In this document: positions 40,640-54,359 of the stretch, one piece after another | Layout: every line of letters begins with the position of its first letter | How positions within the stretch are numbered: the first letter of the stretch is position 1 | Assembly: GCA_051313645.2 (NCBI GenBank) | Contig: JBNRSN020000018.1 | Span: 35,216,001 to 35,280,000 of the forward strand | DNA: 64,000 bases | Reading direction: 5' to 3' | From: Centroscyllium fabricii | Taxonomy: Eukaryota | Made by a program: the position numbers and the translations under genes | Notes under the pieces: model-generated | Told to the model about the DNA's origin: nothing | The model's database searches: none | What the model saw: only the letters and a program-made list of their open reading frames with translations

Positions 40640-43476
40640 AACACCGAGTGCGTCAGAGAGCAGGGAGATACAGCACACACCCGGGAATCCCTACACCGAG
40701 TGTCAGAGAGCAGGGAGATACAGCACATACCCGGGAATCCCTACAGCGAGTGTCAGAGAGCAGGGAGATACAGCACATACCCGGGAATCCCTACAGCGAG
40801 TGTCAGAGAGCAGGGAGATACAGCACATACCCGGGAATCCCTACAGCGAGTGTCAGAGAGCAGCGAGATACAGCACATACCCGGGAATCCCTACAGCGAG
40901 TGTCAGAGAGCAGGGAGATACAGCACACACCCGGGAATCCCTACAGCGAGTGTCAGAGAGCAGCGAGATACAGCACATACCCGGGAATCCCTACAGCGAG
41001 TGTCAGAGAGCAGGGAGATACAGCACACACCCGGGAATCCCTACAGCGAGTGTCAGAGAGCAGTGAGATACAGCACATACCCGGGAATCCCTACACCGAG
41101 TGTCAGAGAGCAGTGAGATACAGCACATACCCGGGAATCCCTACAGCGAGTGCGTCAGAGAGCAGCGAGATACAGCACACACCCGGGAATCCCTACAGCG
41201 AGTTTCAGAGAGCAGCGAGACACAACACACACCCGGGAATCCCTACAGCGAGTGTCAGAGAGCAGCGAGACACAACACACCCGGGAATCCCTACAGCGAG
41301 TGTCAGAGAGCAGGGAGACACAGCACATACCCGGGAATCCTTACAGCGAGTGTCAGAGAGCAGCGAGATACAGCACACACCCAGGAATCCCTACAGCGAG
41401 TGTCAGAGAGCAGCGAGATACAACACACCCGGGAATCCCTACAGCGAGTGTCAGAGAGCAGTGAGATACAGCACATACCCGGGAATCCCTACAGCGAGTG
41501 TCAGAGAGAGCAGTGAGATACAGCACACACCCGGGAATCCCTACAGCGAGTGTCACAGAGCAGTGAGATACAGTACACACCCGGGAATCCCTACAGCGAG
41601 TGTCAGAGAGCAGGGAGATACAGCACATACCCGGGAATCCCTACAGCGAGTGTCAGAGAGAGCAGTGAGATACAGCACACACCCGGGAATCCCTACAGCG
41701 AGTGTCACAGAGCAGTGAGATACAGTACACACCCGGGAATCCCTACAGCGAGTGTCAGAGAGCAGGGAGATACAGCACATACCCGGGAATCCCTACAGCG
41801 AGTGTCAGAGAGCAGCGAGATACAGCACATACCCGGGAATCCCTACAGCGAGTGTCAGAGAGCAGCGAGACACAACACACACCCGGGAATCCCTACAGCG
41901 AGTGTCAGAGAGCAGGGAGATACAGCACACACCCGGGAATCCCTACAGCGAGTGCGTCAGAGAGCAGGGAGATACAGCACATACCCGGGAATCCCTACAG
42001 CGAGTATGAGAGCAGTGAGATACAGTACATACCCGGGAATCCCTACAGCGAGTGTCAGAGAGCAGGGAGATACAGCACATACCCGGGAATCCCTACAGCG
42101 AGTGTCAGAGAGCAGCGAGATACAGCACACACCCGGGAATCCCTACAGCGAGTGTCAGAGAGCAGCGAGACACAACACACACCCGGGAATCCCTACAGCG
42201 AGTGTCAGAGAGCAGCGAGACACAACACACCCGGGAATCCCTACAGCGAGTGTCAGAGAGCAGGGAGATACAGCACACACCCGGGAATCCCTACAGCGAG
42301 TGTCAGAGAGAGCAGTGAGATACAGCACATACCCGGGAATCCCTACAGCGAGTGTCAGAGAGAGCAGGGAGATACAGCACATACCCGGGAATCCCTACAG
42401 CGAGTGCGTCAGAGAGCAGGGAGATACAGTACACACCCGGGAATCCCTACACCGAGTGTCAGAGAGCAGTGAGATACAGCACATACCCGGGAATCCCTAC
42501 AGCGAGTATGAGAGCAGCGAGACACAACACACACCCGGGAATCCCTACAGCGAGTGTCAGAGAGCAGGGAGACACAGCACATACCCGGGAATCCCTACAG
42601 CGAGTGTCAGAGAGCAGCGAGATACAGCACACACCCGGGAATCCCTACAGCGAGTGTCAGAGAGCAGCGAGACACAGCACATACCCGGGAATCCCTACAG
42701 CGAGTGTCAGAGAGCAGCGAGATACAGCACATACCCGGGAATCCCTACAGCGAGTGTCAGAGAGCAGGGAGATACAGCACATACCCGGGAATCCCTACAG
42801 TGAGTGTCAGAGAGCAGCGAGACACAACACACCCGGGAATCCCTACAGCGAGTGCCAGAGAGCAGGGAGATACAGCACATACCCGGGAATCCCTACAGTG
42901 AGTGTCAGAGAGCAGGGAGATACAACACACACCCGGGAATCCCTACAGCGAGTGCGTCAGAGAGCAGGGAGATACAACACACACCCGGGAATCCCTACAG
43001 CGAGTGTGTCAGAGAGCAGTGAGATACAGCACACACCCGGGAATCCCTACAGCGAGTGTCAGAGAGCAGTGAGATACAGCACACACCCGGGAATCCCTAC
43101 ACCGAGTGTCAGAGAGCAGTGAGATACAGCACATACCCGGGAATCCCTACAGCGAGTGTCAGAGAGCAGGGAGATACAACACATACCCGGGAATCCCTAC
43201 AGCGAGTGTCAGAGAGCAGGGAGATACAGCACACACCCGGGAATCCCTACAGCGAGTGTCAGAGAGCAGGGAGATACAACACATACCCGGGAATCCCTAC
43301 AGCGAGTGTCAGAGAGCAGGGAGATACAACACACACCCGGGAATCCCTACAGCGAGTGTCAGAGAGCAGGGAGATACAACACACACCCGGGAATCCCTAC
43401 AGCGAGTGTCAGAGAGCAGCGAGATACAGCACATACCCGGGAATCCCTACAGCGAGTGTCACAGAGCAGCGAGACA
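40640..43476. repeat. 50-bp minisatellite (~56 units) in TMEM209 intron 9
   Basis: Unit GAGTGTCAGAGAGCAG(G/C/T)GAGATACAGCACA(T/C)ACCCGGGAATCCCTACAGC, with +/-2-nt variants. Confidence 0.97.
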
Positions 43477-44397
43477 CTTGCACACTGCTTTGCATCCTTG
43501 CACTTCAAGTGCCCATTTTGATTGTTCCGTGGGGAGAAGGGGAAGGTGAAGAACAGAGGCCCCACCAGCCTTCCTCTCCAGTGGAGATACACATTCTTTA
43601 TCCCCCCCCCCCACGGGATGCTGCATGGCCAGCTGTTACACTTGATGCTAAAATACATAGTTACACACCGTCATAATTCTGGAAAATATGTGGAGTAATC
43701 TACCCAGGAAGGTAATGCAGGCAAAAACATTGGGATTAGATTAGATATTATGACAGAAGTTCATAGAATAGAAGGAAGCTATTAGGCCCATCATGTCTGC
43801 GCCAGCTCTCTGAAAAGAGCTAATCATTAATCGGCAATTCAGTAACTGAGGGCGCAAATTTAAGACAACCAAAAGAACAAAGGGAGAACTTGAGAACATT
43901 TTCTACGTTGAGGGTTGTTAGGACATGGAATGGTCTAAAAGAGTCCATGTATTATATTCTCATTCGCCCATAATTCTTCAACCCAAATCCCTCATAATTT
44001 GCCTCCAAGGCATGGATCTTTGCTGGGGATTGGTTCCAGAGTCTGGTTGCCCTCCATCACCTTGTGCATGCAGTCACTTCTCACACGCAAGCCACCAGAG
44101 ACTGAACGCACACAGACTATTTGACCACAAGAGCATCACAACCGAGCCCACTTCTGACCTCACCTGCAGATGCCCAGCAGGGTTTGCTCGATCACGAGCA
44201 GGATCATTAGCAGATTGCCCCCCCCCTCCACCCCTCAAAACTCACAGGGCACGGAGGACAATTTTTAGCCTCCCACTGCCCGACTGTCCTCGGCAGAATC
44301 AGTGAACTGAGCAGACTGGGGATCCAAGCAGGGGTCTTCCTGGGTAATGCGGCTCAACCACTCACTGCTTACAGGTGGCGAGCCACGAGCATAGCTA

Positions 44398-44562
<165 letters not shown>

Positions 44563-44697
44563 TTAGTCAGAGACAAGTCAGGTAAAAGCAAACCCAGTAA
44601 CTATTGGTGCGCAGCGTTGACTAAATGTGGAACAACTTGCCCCAGAAAGCCATCGATGCACTGCTTAAAAGGGAGAGCCATTTGGGAAATAAGGATA

Positions 44698-45133
44698 CAG
44701 GTCCGACACCGTTAATCCGGTATGGTCAGGACCAGGCCGGACCAGTGAAAAATCCGAACGATTGAAGCTTCGGCGAGCGCATGTGCAGTCCATTCAAAAT
44801 GGCCGCTGTGCAAGTCGGTGGCCATTTTGAATGGACTGCACATGCACTCGCCAAAGCATCAATCGTGCGGGGAGAGGCCCGGCCATGCGCAGCCACGCGC
44901 GGCGGCCATTTTGCGCAAGCGCAGACCAGTCAGGGAGAGGCCCGGGCACGCACAGCCAAGCACGGCGGTCATTTTGCGCATGCGTAGACCAGTCAGGCAG
45001 TCGGGGAGAGGCCTGGGCATATGCAGCCAAGCGTGGCGGCCATTTTGCGCATGCACAGACCAGTCAGCCGAATTCGTTCCAGACGACTGAAGTTTCCGGA
45101 TTAACGGCGTCTGGATTAATGGTGCCGGACCTG
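44698..45133 (+). mobile_element. pogo/Tigger-like MITE, copy B (no cargo)
   Basis: TA TSD. TIRs CAGGTCCGACACCGTTAATCC / GGATTAATGGTGCCGGACCTG. Three ~60-bp internal subrepeats. Confidence 0.9.
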
Positions 45134-46806
45134 TAAATAAAGGATACGGAGAAAAAGCAGGGAACTGGGATCAAAGGTGTCAAGCTGCCAGTGGCAACAA
45201 AATGGTAGAACAGACTCATTGGGTTGCCCTCCATTACCTTGTGCATGTGGCCCCCTTCTGTTCCAATACTCAGTTACATAAAAAGTTCATTTTCATTACC
45301 AGGAACCAGTTTTAACACTCCATTTAGTGCAGAATTCAGGGAAGAAAGACTCCATGTGAATTCACTGATTATATCCAGGTCTGTAACACTAGCTAGGAGC
45401 CATGTACCTCTGATAAATTACTGCAAGTGGCGATGGGTTAAATATTAGAAAGTTAATCAGGAAAATCTGGCAAATTAGGGTAAATATTCCACAGCTCTAT
45501 TACCTTTTGGGTGCAATCTTTAAAGGCAATGTTCCGGACACAGAGGACCAGAAACCAGGAAAGTGCATTAAAATAGCGAGCAGAAAACAGCGCCCATCAT
45601 ACAGCGCAGCCGAGAGAGGGAATGTCGAATCAGATCACAAGCTATATCTTGTGCAGGAGTCAGAGGGGTGTTGTAGAAGAGTCTGACTACACCGCCCTCT
45701 GTCTTTGTTCTCCTTGCCCAATCCAGCAATCTCACCCCTAGGTCAGCAAGGCCAGGAACACAGCCTGCTCACAAGCATCGAGAAGTTGCCCAGGTCGAGG
45801 CGTCCCATTTTCCCTTCCAGCTCACACAGCAGCAGGAGGAGAAATGGGAACAGGAAGAGGAGCATTTACCCGGGGTGGGTGCGAGATTGCCCCCCAGAAG
45901 AGGCTCATTCATACACTGCAGACCCAGTTACAGTCCCTACCCACTGTCGTCATCATAACAACAACTTGTATTTATACAGTGTCTTTAACGTAATAAAACG
46001 TCTCAGGGTGTTGCACAGGAATATTATAAAACAAAATGTGACAGAGCCACAGGAGATATTAGGGCAAGTGACCAAACGGTTGGTCAAACAGGCAGGTTTT
46101 AAAGAGCATCTTAAAAGGAAGAGAGAGAGGCGGAGAGGTTTAGGGAGGGAATTCCAGAGCTTTGGGTGATTATAATCGGGGTGCCCAAAAGGCCAGAGAT
46201 CTCAGAGGGCTGTGGGGCGGACGAAGGTTAGAGAGATAGGATAAGGGCGAGGCAATGGAGGGATTTGGAAACAAGGATGAGAATTTTAAAATTTTCGGGC
46301 AAAGTACTGACCCAATTAAAAGGCTCTGCTGATTTCAGGCAACGTCAGGTCCTCAAGCAGTTTCAATCAGCTGTTCGCACCCGGTTAAAGTGCGATTACC
46401 TTCGTAATAAGATTCTGGGTGCAACTGATAACCAATCAGAGAGGCCGTTACTAAGGAGATTGTGCTTTTTAAAAAATATAAACAGAAGATGGTTACTTCG
46501 TTTTTTGGTCTTAATCGTGGGCAAATCTGGTTAACACCCACTATAAGCGGTGGGGACTGCATTAGACTATTAGGGAATGCGCTCGCCCCACACCACCCAA
46601 CCTCAGGAATCACAGTGTTGCTGAATTAGACTCCTTTAAGAAGCAGCTCGATACTATTGGGAACATGGTGGGGTTGGTGTGAAGGATGGGATGAATTGGG
46701 GATCCTGTCACTTTCAACTTAATGGGTGATTATAAGGTCCAACAAGGGCAGCAGGATCCCATTGAGCGAGCTGCGGAACAGCGGGGCTCATTGAACAATT
46801 ACTTAC

Positions 46807-46878
46807 GTTCCTCAGGTTGGCTGTCCAGGAATCGAGAAGGTCCAACTGCTGCCGACTCATATTCAGCCTGATCCACAC
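46807..46878 (-). CDS. TMEM209: TMEM209 exon 8
   Basis: VWIRLNMSRQQLDLLDSWTANLRN, ag/gtaagt. Confidence 0.93.
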
Positions 46879-47067
46879 CTGCAAGGTACGAAGGTCTGCA
46901 TTCGAGTCTTGCTGAATCCCACTCCTCCTCATACAGATTTCCTACCCTCCCTCCCAATCCCCAAAAGCTCCTTGCTGGGTTACAATTCCACAGCTCCCTC
47001 CAGTGCCTTGCCCAAATGGCGATTCTTCCTGCCTGCATCTAGACATCTGGTGTCGGGACTTTTGGGT

Positions 47068-47101
<34 letters not shown>

Positions 47102-47680
47102 GTGTCTAGTAAAGCCAAGGACCACCCCACGAGGCGTCCAGTCACGTGCATTCTCCAGCAAGGGTTTCTGGGCAGCAATCAGGGGTGCGAATGCTGGCCA
47201 GCTGTCTCCTACCGAGCCAGTGGTGGCGGCCCCTCTACTGCCACTTCACACAGGCCAGAGATCCAACCTGGGACCTCCTCTGTCTGTACTGTTCGGCCAT
47301 TCACCATCTTAACCAGCTGGGTGGGGAGCTAGCAAACCACATATTTAGCACATTACTCCATTCAGTGCCCTTCCATTTCACTTTCCATTCTCCTCTCTAC
47401 CACCGCCCCCCCACTCCTCGTTATGAAACAAGACTGAGATCGACAGATTTCTGTCAGGCAAGGGTATCAAGGGATATGGAGCTAATGCGGGTATAGGGAG
47501 TTGAGGCACAAATCCACCATGATCCAATTGAATAGTGGAGCAGGCTCGATGGCCTGAATGGCCTCATCCTGAATGGCCTCATCCTGTTCGTATCTTGTAG
47601 ATAGTTGCCCACCGTTAACCAACCAAGTCACTGAAAGAGCTGTGCATTCACATTTTACATACACTGGAACTGACCGTATA

Positions 47681-48233
47681 CAGGTTGAGCACCGTTAATC
47701 CGGCAGACGGGACCAGGCCCATGCCGGGAAAGTGAAAATCCCAAACGATTGAAGCTTCGGCGGGCGCATACCATTCAAAATTGCCGCCGCGAAAGGCCGG
47801 CGGCCATTTTGAGTGGTCTGCGCATGCGCTTATCGTTCGGTAATGCCCGGCTCGGTAAAGTGAGGCGAGGCCCGGCTCGGGAAACCCCGGGAAGGCTCGG
47901 TAAGGCGAGGCCCGGCTCGGGAAGCCCCAGCTCGGTAAAGCGAGGCCCGGCTTGGGAAGGCGAGGCCCAGCTCGGGAAGCCTCGGGAAGGCGAGACCCGG
48001 TACGGGAAGGCCCGGCCCGGGATTGTTCGGCAGCGCATGCGCAGATCATTAAAAACTTTGCGGCGGCCATTGTGAACGATCTGCGCATGCGGTCGGCGGC
48101 GCATGCGCAGATCATTTACTGAAGCATCGATCACGGCGGCCATTTTGCGCATGCGCAGGACAGTCGGGGCAATTTGTTCCGGAAGACCGAAGCTGCCGGC
48201 TTATCGGGGAACGGATTAACGGTGCACAACCTG
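47681..48233 (+). mobile_element. pogo/Tigger-like MITE, copy C (GC-rich tandem core)
   Basis: TA TSD. TIRs CAGGTTGAGCACCGTTAATCCG / CGGATTAACGGTGCACAACCTG. Core of AGGCCCGGCTCGGGAAG-like repeats. Confidence 0.9.
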
Positions 48234-48826
48234 TATATGATTGGGGACAATGGCCTTTAAATGAATCTTGACAGGGAGGGAGGGGGTGGGGAGAGAGTTG
48301 CTATCCCATTGGTTTTAGAAGGAAGCACGCGACTGAATGCAAGTCCTGTCTCTTGTGCAACTTCAACCACCAATTATAACCTTAGTTAAACGGGGACCTC
48401 CGGGGAAGAAAACAAAAGCCCCATTTCCGAGCATCCTTTCCAACTCCCCATCATGAACTGGTTGGGCCGAACGGCCTGCCTGCTCATTGCAATTTCTATG
48501 TAATGAGAAGTGGCCATTAAAATACTGGGCTGGCACCAAGGCACATCGGAGAGGCAGCTCCGTGAGCTTACCAGACCGGACCTAAAAGCAGATAAAATAC
48601 ATCATGCTCTCGGCATGCTGAATGAGCATGTGACTGCAAACTGGTTTAATCACCAAATTACACCGTTCAGAACACATCGTGCAGCGACACTGATCACAGG
48701 CTGCTATCGCACGGGTCAGAATGTCATCTATTTTGGGTGCAGCCAAAATGGAACGGGGAATACAATCCAGTACTGAAAAAAAATAAAAGGATCAGCCAGC
48801 TACTCTACTGATTGCCAACAAGGTCA

Positions 48827-49156
<330 letters not shown>

Positions 49157-49312
49157 TTAGCTTTGATGCTGCCCTCAGAGACACACACACACAAATTCCA
49201 GCAGATTTTCCCCACCCCCAAACCTAGAGGCACCATGGCTAACTGAGCTCCATCATTGCTACCCTGGCAGAGAGGGGCCAATAGCACAGACTCTGGGCTC
49301 AGCTGCTCACAA

Positions 49313-50042
49313 AGGGGAAGTGCAACGAGACCTGGGTATCCTTGTGCACCAGTCACTGAAGGTAAGCATGCAGGTGCAGCAGGCGGTTAAGAAGGCAAAT
49401 GGTATGTTGGCCTTCACAGCGAGAGGGTTCGAGTACAGGAACAAGGATGTCTTGCTGCAGTTGGTCGGGGCCTTGGTGAGACCACATCTTGAGTATTGTT
49501 TGCAGTTTTGGTTGCCTTATCAGAGGAAGGATGTTCTTGCCATGGAAGGAGTGCAGCGAAGATTCACCAGGCTGATACCGGAGATGGCAGGAATGATGTA
49601 TGAAAAGCGATTGGGTCGATTAGGCTTATATTCGCTGGAGTTTAGAAGATTGAGCAGGGATCTCATCGAAGCCTATAAAATTCTGTCAGGACTGGACAGA
49701 CTAGATGCAGGAAGGATGTTCCCGATGGTGGGGGAGTCCAGAACCAGGGGTCACAGTCTAAGGATAAGGGGTAAGCCATTTAGGACAGAGAGGAGGAGGA
49801 ATTTCTTCACCCCGAGTGGTGAACCTGTGGAATTCTCTATCACAGAAGGCCGTAGAGGCCAATTCATTAAATATATTTAAGGAGGAGTTAGATATATTTC
49901 TTAAGGCTAAGGGGATCAAGGGCTATGGCGAGAAGGCAGGAACAGGGTACTGAATTTGGATGATCTGCCATGATCTTATTAAATAGCACAACAGGCTCAA
50001 GGGGCCGAATGGCCTACTCCTATCTTCTATGTTTCTATGTTT
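49313..50042 (+). mobile_element. CR1/HER1-type LINE 3' fragment
   Basis: QRDLG...ALVRPHLEYC..FW...RTRGHSL motifs plus CR1 tail. Confidence 0.9.
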
Positions 50043-50961
50043 CACTGCTTAAGTGAGTTTATCCATCGGGGAAATGATCAAATGAGCTTCAGGCAGCAAT
50101 TGTGTTTACCAAATGGACCAAGGGCAATTCAGAAAAGTAACACTCCCAATAACATTTTCCCTCTGCTCCCCACCTCAACACAAGAACACAATTTTCCAAT
50201 CTGCAATAAAGAGCGAGATATTCTCAAAATGGAGCTCCCCCGCCTCCAGCTTTCTCCTTCCCTTTTGAAGATCTGTGCTGTGTTATGGACCTCCCTCCAG
50301 TATCGTGTGTGAGCTTAGACAGTGACCATTAACAGGCCTCCCAACTGTTTCGGCAGGTACAAAGAGAGGCGACTAAAGCCAACCCCAATCCTGTTCATAC
50401 AATCTTACAGCACAGGAGGCCATTCGGCCCATTGTGCCAATTACTCCCACTGCCCCTGCTCTTTCCCCAGAGCACTGCAAATTTCTAAAATTGTTCTTCA
50501 CCCAATGTCCATGCATATACATTGCAGGAGGGGTTACTGGAACCTGCCTTCAGCTGGCTATGCCCTAGAATTCCCTCCCTAAACCACTCCGCCTCTCCCT
50601 CCTCCTTTAACACACTCCTTAAAACCTACCTCTGACCAAGCTTCTGGTCACCTGCCCTAATTTCTCCTTATGTGGCTCGGCGTCAAATGTTTTTGTCTTC
50701 TAACACTCCTGTGAAGCGCCTCCAGAGGTTTGTACGACATTAAAGGCGCTGCATAAATACAGGTTGTTGTTGGCCATCAGGAGAGGCAATCCCTTTGCCC
50801 TCCCATCCAAAAGCCAGAGACATCAACGATTGCAACCCTCCTCAAACTACCCTGGCGAGGAACGGTGAGCTCAAAATATACCAGGACCTGAATTTGGGCC
50901 CCTCCCTGTTCTGTACGGGTCAGATTGGAACTTTACATAAACAGCTCAAGCCTCAACTAAC

Positions 50962-51166
50962 CCAGCTGACTGCGGCCATGCTTCTCCTCTTCAGAGCGGA
51001 GGAAGTTCTCCAGAGACTTCATGTCAGTCACGTACTCGTCTCGTGTGAGGGGTGCGCTGTACACGGAAGGGGCAGACCGGTAACGGGCTCTCAGGCTGGT
51101 GCAGTCTGTACTGCCGATGTTGTTACTGTACAAGCATGAATTCTGAAGAGGACTGAAGCTGGAGCC
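50962..51166 (-). CDS. TMEM209: TMEM209 exon 6
   Basis: GSSFSPLQNSCLYSNNIGSTDCTSLRARYRSAPSVYSAPLTRDEYVTDMKSLENFLRSEEEKHGRSQL, ag/gttagt. Confidence 0.93.
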
Positions 51167-51338
51167 CTAAAGGAAACAGGAAAGAATCAAATCTCCAGGA
51201 GTTCCACTAACAAAACCCCCTCGTCTCTGGCCACTTACCTCCCCCACAGGTCATCACAGCGTTTATTTCCAACGCACCATCCTTCGCTTTCTTTCTCCCA
51301 ACCCCCACATCCTCTGTGTTGAAATCGAGACTCATCAC

Positions 51339-51480
51339 CAATGTTCCCTCTAATTTGTTTTTTTAAGTGCACGGTCCCTTTAATTGGGCGCGCAGCCCAT
51401 TCAAATTTCCGCGCATGTGCCGGTGAGCCGCCTGCGCGGGACCTCCAGACCGCCCACTGCGCAGCCGAGCGGGAACGCTC
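51339..51480. mobile_element. Small hAT-type MITE
   Basis: CAATGTTCCC...GGGAACGCTC termini with 8-bp TSD CTCATCAC. A related inverted copy lies at ~26700-26815. Confidence 0.7.
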
Positions 51481-51594
51481 CTCATCACCACTCTAACTTA
51501 CTCTTTCTCAGGACGTCAAAGCTGAGGAACTCTAGCTCCCCATCTTCCTCCGACAATCAAGGTTTTTAAAATCTAAGCTTGTCGTCACCTAAAC

Positions 51595-51937
51595 CAGGGG
51601 TCCCCAATTACCGGGCCGCAGACCGGTACCGGGCCGTGGATCATTTGGTACCGGGCCGCACAGAAAGAATAAAAACTTTTAAATTTTTATTTTATTTCCA
51701 TTTTATTGACTATCGCAGTCTGCAGGGTGTTTTATTTTGAAAAATGACCACTTCCGTCTGTGCCTCTTTTCCGCACTTGTCTCAGTCGCAGTTTTTTTCC
51801 ATGCACCGATAAATTAAGCCCACAAGCTAATTCTTCCCCCCCGGTCCGTGGAAAAATTGTCCTGCATGAAACTGGTCCGTGGAAAAAATGTCCTGCATGA
51901 AACTGGTCCGTGGTGCAAAAAAGGTTGGGGACCGCTG
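51595..51937 (+). mobile_element. hAT-Charlie (MER1-like) non-autonomous transposon
   Basis: CAGGGGTCCCCAA...GGTTGGGGACCGCTG termini. Perfect 8-bp TSD ACCTAAAC at 51587-51594 and 51938-51945. Internal ~30-bp tandem duplication. Confidence 0.9.
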
Positions 51938-52989
51938 ACCTAAACAGATCTTGATTTACCTAAAACATTTGGTTTGCTCACTCCAGGCTTGAGCACAGAA
52001 TCCAGGCCGACACTCCCAGTGCAGTAGAGGGAGTGCAGCACTGACAGAGGTGAGGATGAGACGTTAAAACCAAGTCAGCTACTGAGTCAGTAACTGCAAT
52101 ATTAAAAACAAAAAAACCCTCCATTACACCGGTCAGTGACTGAAGGCAGGCAATTCAGTCAGGAGGGGCATTCAGGACTAGTATGGGTGTGGAGCAGAGC
52201 CACATGGGGTCGATTCCACAGTACCTGGCGCCCCAGCATATTATTAATTATTCAACTTGAAGCAGATTTGTAATATAGAAGGGTTTGGGTGGGGTTAGAG
52301 AGAGGTATGACCCAAACATGCCACAGTTATAATCAGCTTATGCTCCAATGTGCGTCAAAAGGTATTCCACCGAGGAGGGTCAGCACCTGCAAACCCGTTG
52401 TCCTATCCCGCTGTCCACACACTGAAAACCAGAGCCACTCGATCTCGACCAGGCCACTTGGTCCCTTTGCTAACCGAGGACACTCACACCAATCAGAACA
52501 GCTCGAATGCCACACCGGATGAGATCAGCCAATCCCATACGAAGCGGGAGTGGAGCCCAGGAGCACCCTGGATACAAACTTACCGAGTCAGTACGAGCAA
52601 TTCCAAAAAGACTGACGCCCTTTGAAAACGCTGGGAAACTGGCAACTCTGCAGCAGATGGCAGTTCAATTAATGGAATTGGGACGACAGCAAAACCGGGA
52701 TTGGTGGGAAAATGACTGAAGGGAACATAGGGCAGTGAAGGTCAGGGTAAAGGGGACGTCATTTTCACCTGCTACCAGAACACAACCAGCCCGACAGGAG
52801 AATGGAAAGAAAGCACCTTTTGCAATAGCCTTGGTTACAATCTCCCTTTGGTTCGTCGCCAAACACCAAAGATTGAAAGAGGAGCTGCCTGTTTCATTTG
52901 TATTTTTCGGTGTCTGGTGGGGTCCTCCGCTCCCAGGCAGACGGATGTGAAACCGACCGGGATTCAGGAGGAGGGCAGAGCTTCCTCAG

Positions 52990-53445
52990 TGCCAGCTTGG
53001 CTCAGTGGGTAGCTCGCTCGCCTCGGAGTCAGAAGGTTGTGGGTTTAAGCCCCACTCCAGAGACTTGGCACAAAATCCAGGCTAACACGCCAGTGCAGCG
53101 CTGAGGGAGTGCTGCACTGTTGGAGGTGCCGTCTCTTTCAGATGAGACGTTAAACTGAGGCTCCGTCTGCCCGCTCAGGTAGCTGTAAATGATCCCATGG
53201 GCGCGATTTCGAAGAAGAGCAGGGGAGTCCTCTCCAATCTCCTGGCCAATATTTATCCTTCAAGCAACATAATTAAAGCAGATTATCTGGTCATCATCAC
53301 TTTGATGTTTGTGGGAACGCAGGTTGGCTGCCAAGTTTCCTACATTACAACAGTGACTACACTTCAAATAGAACGTCATCGGCTGTAAAGTGATTTAGGA
53401 CGCCCAGAGGTCAAGAAAGGCGCTATATAAATGCAAGTTTTCTTT
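52990..53445 (+). mobile_element. SacSINE1-like Deu-domain SINE
   Basis: Well-preserved copy: TGGCTCAGTGG A box, Deu core and GGCGCTATATAAATGCAAG tail. Confidence 0.85.
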
Positions 53446-53567
53446 CAGGAGAGGAGGGAAAAAACAAGAACATGGTTCCAAACCCATATTGGGGATTTTA
53501 GAGATACCAGTGGAAGGTTTAATATTGATCCCAATGGTTATATAGATTCACCCCATCCCCCACATAC

Positions 53568-53809
53568 CATATTGTAGCTGTTGCCAGGCGAGTACATCAT
53601 GGAGGATGGGAAGGATCCACTCCCCGGCGGGGAAGGTGTCTGCGTGGTCGGACTAAACCCCGTTATACAGTTGGGGCTGAACTTGGGGCTGGAGCCGAGC
53701 GGCCGTTGAGGGCTGTAGGACAGGACGGTCTGCCCCTGGGCGACGCCCGGCGGGGAGCTGTTCGGGGTGGATGTGGTGGCCGGCTTCTGCTGCGGAGTCG
53801 TCTGGATCC
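53568..53809 (-). CDS. TMEM209: TMEM209 exon 5
   Basis: (G)IQTTPQQKP...QGQTVLSYSPQRPLGSSPKFSPNCITGFSP...YSPGNSYNM, ag/gtatgt. Confidence 0.92.
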
Positions 53810-53849
53810 CTGAGGAGAGAAGAGCGCCAACAGGTTAATTATTCGATAA

Positions 53850-54357
53850 TTGGGCTGCAACGCGGCCAGCCTCCCAACCCGTACCCTCCGTAAGCTTGAG
53901 CTAATCCAAAACTCTGCTGCCCGTATCCTAACTCCCGAGTCCCGTTCACCCATATGCTCGCTCACCTACGTTGGCTCCCCGTCCGGCCGACAACATCTTG
54001 ATTTTAAAATCCTCATCCTGGTTTTCAAATCACTCCGTGGCCTTGCCCCTCCCATGCTCTGAAACTTCCTCCGACCCTACAAACCTCCTGGATTTCGGCA
54101 TTCCTCCAAGTCTGGCCTCGTGCACATCTTGATTTTAAATCGCTCCACCATTGGCAGCAGTGCCTTCAGCTGTCTAGGCCCTAAGCTCTGGAATTCACAC
54201 CCTAATCCTCTCCACCTTCAAGATGCTCCTTAAAACCTACGTCTTTGACCAAGCTTTTGGTCACCTGTGCCAATATCAACTTATGTGGCTCAGTGTCAAA
54301 TGTTGCTTGATAATTGCTCGTGAAGTGCCTTGGGACACTTTACCACGTCAAAGGCGC
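53850..54357 (+). mobile_element. L2 LINE 3' fragment (host of MITE D)
   Basis: LELIQNSAARILT..DFKILILVFKSL motif and L2 tail. Other L2 tails at ~9260-9530(-), 45955-46295(-), 50560-50770(+) and 59870-60160(-). Confidence 0.8.
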
Positions 54358-54359
54358 TA

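Noticed and set aside
40640-43476. CRISPR array or repeat protein (ORFs up to 417 aa)
   Set aside because: Units are contiguous with no unique spacers and there are no cas genes. The ORFs occur in every frame because the unit lacks stops, and the array is intronic in TMEM209.
47068-47100. Poly-G and poly-C runs (also ~13753-13810) as functional G-quadruplexes
   Set aside because: These are simple homopolymers prone to sequencing error, with no supporting context.
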